64,000 nucleotides of DNA, from assembly GCA_002269645.1 (NCBI GenBank), contig NIVC01002433.1, positions 62,001-126,000 of the forward strand, read 5' to 3'. The position numbers were made by a program, and so were the translations under genes. Source of the stretch: Macrostomum lignano. Taxonomy: Eukaryota. The notes under the pieces are model-generated. The model worked only from the letters and a program-made list of their open reading frames with translations. It did no database searches and had not been told where the DNA came from. Positions 56,301 through 64,000 of the stretch are shown one piece after another; positions within the stretch are counted from its first letter, which is position 1, and each line of letters begins with the position of its first letter.

Positions 56301-58219
56301 TTGGGCTCAGGCAAGGGTTCAGGTTGGGTTCAGGTCGGGTTCCGGTCGGGTTCAGGTTTGGGTTCAGGTTTGGGTTCATGTTTGGGTTCAGGTTTGGGTT
56401 CAGGCTTGGGTTTAGGTTTGGGTTTAGGTTTTGGTTCAGGTTGGGATCGGGTCGGGTTCAGGTTAAATTTAAATTGGGTTTAGGTTGAGTTCAGGTTGGG
56501 TTAAGGTTTGGGTTCAGGTTTGGGTTTAGGTTTGGATTCAGGTTTGGGTTCAGGCTTGGTTTCAGGTTTTGGGTTCAGGTTTGGATTCAGGTTTGAATTC
56601 AGATTTGGATTCAGGTTGGGCTCAGGTTAAATTCAAATTAGGTTCAGGTTGGATTCAGTTTAGGTTCAGTTTGGGTTCAGGTTGGATTAAGTTTGGGCTC
56701 AGGTTAAGTTCAGGTTGGGTTCAGGTTGAATTCAGGTTTGGGTTCAGGTTTGGGTTCAGGTCTGGGTTCAGGTTTGGGTTCAGGTTTGGATTCAGGTTTG
56801 GGTTCAGGTTTGGGTTCAGGTTTGGGTTCAGGTTTGGGTTCAGGTTTGGGTTCAGGTTTGGGTTCAGGTTTGGGTTCAGGTTTGGGTTCATGTTTGGGTT
56901 CAGGTTTGGGTTCAGGTTTGGGTTCAGGTTTGGGTTCAGGTTTGGATTCAGGTTTGGGTTCAGGTTTGGGTTCAGGTTTGGGCTCGGGTTGTATAACGGT
57001 TACTTTGTCTTCTTGTACAAAGATCAAATACAATGAATAACAAATCATAAACATAATTAATACAGTTGCCATACCTGGCTTAATATCGCGATGAACAATC
57101 TTGAGCTGTTCGCGAAGATAGGCCAACCCGTCGCCTACAGAAGAAAAGGGAACAATAAACGTCTGAATTAAAGTAATTATTTATTCATCTTTACTACAGA
57201 CTAATATAGTAGCACTTACACATGTTGTACAACAGAGAAAGAAAATCTCTGTCGTGCATGCCTAATTTGTTGTCTGGCTTTTTCAAATACTCGTGCAAAC
57301 TGTTGCCACAGCAGTACTCCAGTATTAGACCGGTTTTGTCTACTCTCATGTTGTCCTGAAAATTTTTGCAGTTTGTAAGGAAGGGTAAAGACTCTTTGTT
57401 CCAAGCAGTCTTGGTCGTCATAGACTTTATGGGGGGCAAAGTCAAGAATTGTACATTACTAATCCCTATTTTATTTTGAGAATCAGTACTGCCGGCACTT
57501 ATTTTGGCGCCACTGGCAGGCACTTATTTTGGCGCCACAGACAGGCACTCATTTTGGCGCCACAGACAGACACTCATTTTGGCGCCACAGAAAGTCACTC
57601 ATTTTTGCGCCACAGAAAGTCACTCATTTTGGCGCCACATACAGAAGTTCATTTTGGCGCCACAGACAGAAGCTCATTTTGGCGCCGCAGGCACTCATTT
57701 TGGCACCACGGGGACTTATTTTGGCGCCGCAGGCACTCATTTTGGCGCCACGGGGACTTATTTTGGCGCCGCAGGCACTCGTTTTGGCGTCACGGGCACC
57801 TTTTTTGGCGCTGCAGGCACTCATTTTGGCGCCGCAGACAGACAATCTATGTCCAAAGGTCCTAGGTTCGAACTCTACTATCAACGCACCTGAAACTGGA
57901 CTCCAGTAATTAGTCGCACAATATTCTCGTGCTTCAATTTCTTCAAAAGTTCCACTTCTCGCCGTGGCGGTGTACCTTTGAACACTTTCACAGCGTAAAA
58001 GTCGCCAGTATGGATGTCCCGACAACGATAAACCGAGGATGTGACTCCATCAGCTAAATAGTCCAAGTCCGGGCACCAGGTGTAATTGCCAGCCACAACC
58101 AGGTTGTAGGCGCCTCGTCGAGGACTGGATTGAGCAGCGGCGGTTGCCGCAGCCGCTGCCGCAGCCGCATTAGCTCGTGACATTGCTGCTGGCCCAACTC
58201 CAACACTTCGAGCATCCAT
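49638..58219 (-). CDS. TBK1: TBK1/IKK-epsilon family serine/threonine kinase; 11 exons, 776 aa
   Basis: Exons 58219-57890, 57355-57220, 57134-57075, 56223-55632, 55315-55131, 54608-54313, 53679-53399, 52599-52347, 51677-51589, 51458-51387, 49674-49638; phases all compatible, total 2331 nt. Motifs [91 protein letters not shown], then ubiquitin-like and helical regions. TBK1 versus IKBKE orthology cannot be resolved; the last three small exons are less certain; alternative start ATG 58183. Confidence 0.88.
49775..51290. repeat. 24-26-bp minisatellite GTCAACTGTGACTTCTCAGAGGGG(GG) in TBK1 intron 10
   Basis: About 60 units with variable G-run length. Confidence 0.96.
51785..52320. repeat. 26-bp pyrimidine-rich minisatellite CTCTACTTCTCCCACTCTACCCCTTA in TBK1 intron 8
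   Basis: About 20 units; purine-rich on the transcribed-sense strand. Confidence 0.95.
52697..53363. repeat. (CTGT)n microsatellite with variants, TBK1 intron 7
   Basis: Direct inspection. Confidence 0.97.
53880..54200. repeat. G-rich GATTAGGGA(A)TGGGATGAGGG-type repeat, TBK1 intron 6
   Basis: Degenerate ~27-bp units with three GGG runs each. Confidence 0.85.
54660..55095. repeat. 21-bp minisatellite CTCTACTGAAAGAGATGGGAT, TBK1 intron 5
   Basis: About 20 units. Confidence 0.95.
55410..55615. repeat. 26-bp minisatellite GATTAGGGCTGAGATAGAAGTAGACA, TBK1 intron 4
   Basis: About 8 units. Confidence 0.93.
56290..56990. repeat. 12-bp (6+6) repeat GGTTCAGGTTTG, TBK1 intron 3
   Basis: Source of GSGL/FGFR/PKPE ORFs. 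Confidence 0.95.
57490..57840. repeat. 21-23-bp minisatellite ATTTTGGCGCCACAGACAGGCACTC-type, TBK1 intron 1
   Basis: About 16 units with TTTTGGCGCC core. Confidence 0.92.
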
Positions 58220-59269
58220 AAAGGCGTAAAGCGAGCGACTATAGGAGACACGATTTATACTGAATAGACCGGACTGTACACTTCCAAGCTATCTGTATCT
58301 TTCTCTTCTATTTGGTACCTTATTACGAGCAGAGGCAACACTTGCGCTTGTGTACGCGTATTACATTGCAGAAAGCAGAGAACATAAAATAGTATATCCT
58401 CCTTATAGAAAGCATGAAAGAAGAAAAAAAAACGAGTACACGTTTTAAATACGTTTGTATATTTTGTTTTTTTGGTTGAGGCTAGAGGCTAGAGACAGAA
58501 TTGAGGGTGTGATGAATGGTTAAGGGCTAATTTTCGTTTTCCAGCCCTCGCAAGCCCCCGTGATAGCGTTATGTCTATTTTTAGAATCATTGCACACAGG
58601 AGAGAGAGAGTAGAGAGGGGGAGAGAAGTGCAAAGTTGAGTGTACACCAATGTACATTTGAGACTGCAGTACACTGCACTGCAATACTAAGAGGACCTAA
58701 AAAACTTTTCCATATACACACAAAATCCTATTGATGAAAAACATTTACCAAATAAATTAATCATTACAATTGAAATTGTAGTTTATAAAAACGAATTTAT
58801 TTATTAGTGAAAATTAATTACTACACGTATATATTACTGATATAACATGCATAATACAGTAAATACAATATAAAATGTATAATTTTAAATTGTAATAAGA
58901 ATTAAAGAACACTGGGGTAAAAATTGAAATGCTTTCATTACTTGTACTACTACTTTTAGTAAACAACCATATTGATTGAATTGAAAATGCATACAAAAAT
59001 ATGATTTTTTATTAATTAAAGCTATAATTTACATTTTTAATAGATACTTTAAAATGCAATAAGTAGTTAAGTTTAACGAGTAAAAAATTGGTAGAAAAAT
59101 AATGCATTAATTGTTTTATTAGTTTGCAAAATGCCACTTAAAATAAAATTTGTGCGAATTGCACTTTTACTAATATATTATAAGTTTTAAATATAAAGTT
59201 TGATAGTGCAATAAAAATTGAATGAAGCTTATTTAGACTTGCCTAGCAACTCGTAGGTCTGACTGTCTT

Positions 59270-59740
59270 TTAGTGTCTGCTTCTTAGTGCATTATATCCT
59301 TAGTCTATTAGCTTCTTAGTCTATTAGCTTCTTAGTCTATTAGCTCCTTAGTCTATTAGCTTTTTAGTCTATCAGCTTCTTAGTGTATTAGCTTCTTAGT
59401 GTATTAGTCTATTAATAAATTAGCTTCTTAGTCTATTAGCTTCTTAGTGCATTAGCTTCTTATTGCATTAGCTTCTTAGTGTATTAGTATCTTAATAAAT
59501 AAGCGTCTTAGTCTATTAGCTTCTAAGTGTATTAGCTTCTTAGTCTCTTAATAAATTAGCTTCTTAGTCTATTAGCTTCTTAGTGCATTAGCTTCTTAGT
59601 GTATTAGTCTCTTAATAAATTAGCTTCTTAGTCTATTAGCTTCTTAGTGCATTAGGTTCTTAGTACATTAGCTTCTTAGTACATTAACTTTTATACATTA
59701 GCCTTGATTTTAGTGCCTTAGCTAATTAGTCTCTAAGTCT
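59270..59740. repeat. 16-bp minisatellite AGCTTCTTAGTCTATT between POLA1 and TBK1
   Basis: About 25 units with longer recurring variants. Confidence 0.9.
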
Positions 59741-59957
59741 ATCTGATGCCCTCTAGTATTTACCTGTCTACCTTAACGTCCTGGTGTCTTAAAGAACTTC
59801 AATTCTGTATCTATCAATCAATCTTATCTATCCACTAAAGTACAGCCAGCAGACAAAGCTTCATCATGGCAAAATCAAGTCCCCCATGCAGGAAATAAAC
59901 ACAATTAGCCATGGTAACACCCTCTAGCCAGCTAACAGGATTTGTTAGACTTTTCAA

Positions 59958-62900
59958 CTAGAAGGCGGTAACAAACAGCCGGTCCAGATCCACGCAACCG
60001 TAAGCATTGGCCTGAAGCGCTTCCCGGACTACAGAATTAAGCGCCGGCACTTTTCTAGTCCAATAGTCGTAGGCGCACAGTTGGGTGTACAGCTGACGCT
60101 CGCAGTAGGACCGCTGCAGGTGGCCTCGGACGCAGGCCGGACAGCGTGGACGGCCTCGATCAAGATTGCTAATTAGCCTGCGGGTTCGCCACTGACAGGC
60201 CTGCCGGAGGCCGGGTGGGAAGGGAGAAAGCATATCGTGATTTATTACCTGTACTTGTCAATTATCTCTGCCCTATTTAGCAAGGCCTGGTTTGGCTGTG
60301 AAATATTCTTATTCGATAAACTAAATAACGTGTTTATCTACCTACCAGATCCTTCTAGAACAGTCTATTAAATAAATTTACCTGTCCCATAGATTACCGT
60401 ATCTGTCTCCTAATTATCTGCTTCTTTGATCTCCTTTCCAGACTACCAGATATCTTACCTACCTGTCTACCAGACTCCTTACATGCATGTCTACTAGATC
60501 TCCTACCTATCTATCTCCCAGACCCGCTATCTGTCTCCCAGACCCTCTGTCTGTCCCCCGGACCCCCTACCTGTCTCCCAGATCCCCTGTCTCACAGAAC
60601 CCTACATGTTTCCTAGATCCCCTACCTGTCTCCCAGACCAATACATCTGTCTCCTAGACCCCTCTACTTTTCTCCCAGATCCCTTTCTCTATCTGTCTCC
60701 CAGATCCCTCTACCTGTCTCCCAGATCCCTCTACCTGTCTCCCAGACCCCTCTACCTGTCTTTAAAATCCTTCTACCTGTTTCCCAGACCTCTCTACCTG
60801 TTTCCCAGACCTCTCTACCTGTTTCCCAGACCCCTCTACCTGTTTCCCAGACCCCACTACCTGTTTCCCAGACCCCTCTACCTGTTTCCCAGACCCCTCT
60901 ACCTGTTTCCCAGACCCCTCTACCTGTTTCCCAGACCCCTCTACCTGTTTCCCAGACCCCTCTACCTGTTTCCCAGACCTCTCTACCTGTTTCCCAGACC
61001 CCTCTACCTGTTTCCCAGACCTCTCTACCTGTTTCCCAGACCCCTCTACCTGTTTCCCAGACCCCTCTACCTGTTTCCCAGACCTCTCTACCTGTTTCCC
61101 AGACCCCTCTACCTGTTTCCCAGACCTCTCTACCTGTTTCCCAGACCTCTCTACCTGTTTCCCAGACCCCTCTACCTGTTTCCCAGACCTCTCTACCTGT
61201 TTCCCAGACCTCTCTACCTGTTTCCCAGACCCCTCTACCTGACTCCCAGACCCCTCTACCTGTTTCCCAGACCTCTCTACCTGTTTCCCAGACCCCTCTA
61301 CCTGTTTCCCAGACCCATCTACCTGTTTCCAGACCCCTCTACCTGTCTCGCAGACCCCTCTACCTGTTTCCCAGACCCATCTACCTGTTTCCCAGACCCC
61401 TCTACCTGACTCCCAGACCCCTCTACCTGACTCCCAGACCTCTCTACCTGCCCTACTTGCACCTCAATTCCATATCGAACATTACCTGATCATCGCACAC
61501 AAACTCGCCCCGATAATAGCGTCGAATATGGCGCTCAATCGGCGCCAACAATTCGCTAGCCGCGTATTCGTCAGGCAGAGGCGCCTTGGCCCGGCAGTGC
61601 GGGCACAGTTCGTCTTGGGACTGGCCGCCGGATTCCAGCTTGGCCGGCTCCACGGGTCGGCGACAGGCGCGGCAGGGAAGCTGCAGGGAATTCGTTAGAA
61701 ATTCAAGGGAAAGAGGATGTAGATTTATAAAGGTGTCGGTCATGCGCGCTTAGATTTGGGGTAATCAAGACTTCGATACTTACACGTGTACTTTACTGAT
61801 ATGCTGGCCTGTCTAACACATTCGTCTACCTGTCTGCCATATTTACCTGTCTGATATTTACCTGTCTGACACATCTACCTGTCTGAGACATCCACCTGTC
61901 TGACACATCTACCTGTCTGACACATCTACCTGCCTGACACATCTACATCTACCTGTCTGACACATCTACCTGCTGACACATCTACATCGACCTGTCTGAG
62001 ACATTTACCTGTCTGACACATCTACATCTACCTGTCTGAGACATTTACCTGTCTGACACATCTACATCTACCTGTCTAACACATTTACCTGTCTGAGATA
62101 TCTACCTGTCTGACATCTACCTGTCTGACACATCTACCTGCCTGACACATCTACATCAACCTGCCTGACACATCTACATCTACCTGTCTAACACATTTAC
62201 CTGTCTCAGATATCTACCTGTCTGACATCTACCTGCCTGACACTGACACATCTACATCGACCTGTCTGACACATTTATCTGTCTGACACATCTACATCAA
62301 CCTGCCTGACACATCTACATCAACCTGCCTGACACATCTACATCAACCTGCCTGACACATCTACATCAACCTGCCTGACACATCTACATCAACCTGCCTG
62401 ACACATCTACATCAACCTGCCTGACACATCTACATCAACCTGCCTGACACATTTACCTGTCTGAGATATCTACCTGTCTGACACATCTACCTGTCTTACG
62501 CAACTACCTGTCTAACATCTTTATCTACTTATCTGACATCTCCAATCTACATGTCTGACATTTAAACCTACATTATATCTTACACTTACACATAGCTTAC
62601 TAAATTTATTATTTAGCTGTCTACTATCTTACTTTACTATTAGTCTTACAGCTATCTGACCTACCTTAAGCCACCTAGCTCGTATCCAAACCCATTTAGC
62701 CTCATCTTGCGCACTCACCGTAAGCGGCTCGCACAGTTCAAAGCGCACCTCTGGCTTAGCGAGAACGCTCTCGCCAGCCGTTTCGCCTTCGCCGTCGTCG
62801 CCATCCTCGCCTAGAGCTGCCGGCAGCATTCGGCGACGAAAAGCGCGCGAATCGACACCTACACAGTCGGCTAGATCGCCCGGATCGACTTCTTGGAGGC

Positions 62901-63061
62901 TCTCAGTCAGTCGGCTGACTAGAGGTAGCACCTCTTTGACAAGGTAGTGCTCCCAGTCGACTGATGGAGGCGCCGACTTGTTAGCAGCGTTGGTAGAGTC
63001 TTTGGCAGCTGCGCTAGCGTTGGCGTGAAGCATTTTTCGCCATTCGGCGAGAGTGTGGACT
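59958..63061 (-). CDS. POLA1: DNA polymerase alpha catalytic subunit, 3' part (end of polymerase domain plus C-terminal Cys-rich domain); gene continues beyond the window
   Basis: Exons 63061-62719, 61680-61486, 60200-59958 (GT/AG, phase 0 junctions). VDWEHYLVKEVLPLVSRLTE, CEPLT-LPCRAC...CPHC (CysA), RRYYRGEFVCDDQAC..RTRR...RCPAC (CysB), LYTQLC and YGCVDLDRLF resemble the Pol alpha C-terminus. Confidence 0.85.
60520..61450. repeat. 21-bp minisatellite TCTACCTGTTTCCCAGACCCC in the last POLA1 intron
   Basis: About 40 units; source of the PRPLYLF ORF. Confidence 0.96.
61830..62500. repeat. ~17-23-bp minisatellite ACATCTACCTGTCTGAC in the penultimate POLA1 intron
   Basis: Units with ACATCT insertions. 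Confidence 0.93.
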
Positions 63062-63169
63062 CTGAAAAATGTTTGCAAAATTATGTTAGTTAAATGAATA
63101 TGTACCTACCGATATGTATCGAAAATAAAAGTAGCTGAATAAGCTTCAATACAGATATCGCTCAAAAAT

Positions 63170-64000
63170 TCTGAAACTAAAGTAGAGACTTTTTCTTCTA
63201 CCGATATGTATCGAAAACATGCTATCATAAATAGATTGAAAGCAATGCACCGATATGTATCGAAAACATGCTATCATAAATGGACTGGAAGCCATTAACC
63301 GATATGTATCGAAAACATTCTACCATAAATAGACTGGAAGCAATGCACCGATATGTATCGAAAACATGCTACCATAAATAGACTGGAAGCATGCACCGAT
63401 ATGTATCGAAAACATGCTACCATAAAAAGACTGGAAGCAATGTACCGATATGTATCGAAAACATGCTACCATAATAGACTGGAAGCATGCACCGATATGT
63501 ATCGAAAACATGCTACCATAAAAAGACTGGAAGCAATGCACCGATATGTATCGAAAACATGCTACCATAAAAAGACTGGAAGCAATGCACCGATATGTAT
63601 CGAAAACATGCTACCATAAATAGACTGGAAGCAATGCACCGATATGTATCGAAAACATGCTACCATAATAGACTGGAAGCATGCACCGATATGTATCGAA
63701 AACATGCTACCATAAAAAGACTGGAAGCATGCACCGATATGTATCGAAAACATGCTACCATAAATAGACTGGAAGCAATGCACCGATATGTATCGAAAAC
63801 ATGCTACCATAATAGACTGGAAGCAATGCACCGATATGTATCGAAAACATGCTACCATAATAGACTGGAAGCAATGCACCGATATGTATCGAAAACATGC
63901 TACCATAAAGACTGGAAGCAATGCACCGATATGTATCGAAAACATGCTACCATAAAGACTGGAAGCAATGCACCGATATGTATCGAAAACATGCTACCAT
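63170..64000. repeat. ~46-50-bp minisatellite CACCGATATGTATCGAAAACATGCTACCATAAATAGACTGGAAGCA(A)TG in a POLA1 intron, runs off the right edge
   Basis: About 16 units; CGATA-TG-TATCG inverted repeat in each. Confidence 0.95.

Noticed and set aside
62629-62718. ORF extension VSAQDEAKWVWIRARWLK after POLA1 CEPLT
   Set aside because: A consensus donor ACG|GTGAGT at 62719/62718 joins directly to LPCRAC, restoring CysA spacing; the extension is intronic.

Overview
Eukaryotic (metazoan invertebrate) genomic DNA. The GC-richer exons, GT-AG introns and minisatellite-filled introns resemble the flatworm Macrostomum, but species identity is an unverified inference. I reconstructed seven protein-coding genes, all on the minus strand, with reading-frame-consistent splice phases. 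From right to left: the 3' part of DNA polymerase alpha catalytic subunit (POLA1, 3 exons in window), a TBK1/IKK-epsilon kinase (11 exons, 776 aa), CCA-adding enzyme TRNT1 (3 exons), intronless TRAPPC2/sedlin, and a 7-exon neuroligin (993 aa, 2504-32986). The neuroligin's 16.7-kb first intron hosts two intronless same-strand genes, KGD4/MRPS36 and PPME1. About 37 tandem arrays (4-80 bp units) fill most introns and intergenic spacers and account for nearly all long low-complexity ORFs in the track. Other items: a ~190-270 bp dispersed repeat with inverted copies at the two ends of one neuroligin intron, one minisatellite family sitting just upstream of two consecutive genes, RFX X-box motifs and weak LINE relics. 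No prokaryotic features, CRISPR arrays, rRNA or tRNA genes were seen. Gene identities come from recalled family motifs, not from database searches.
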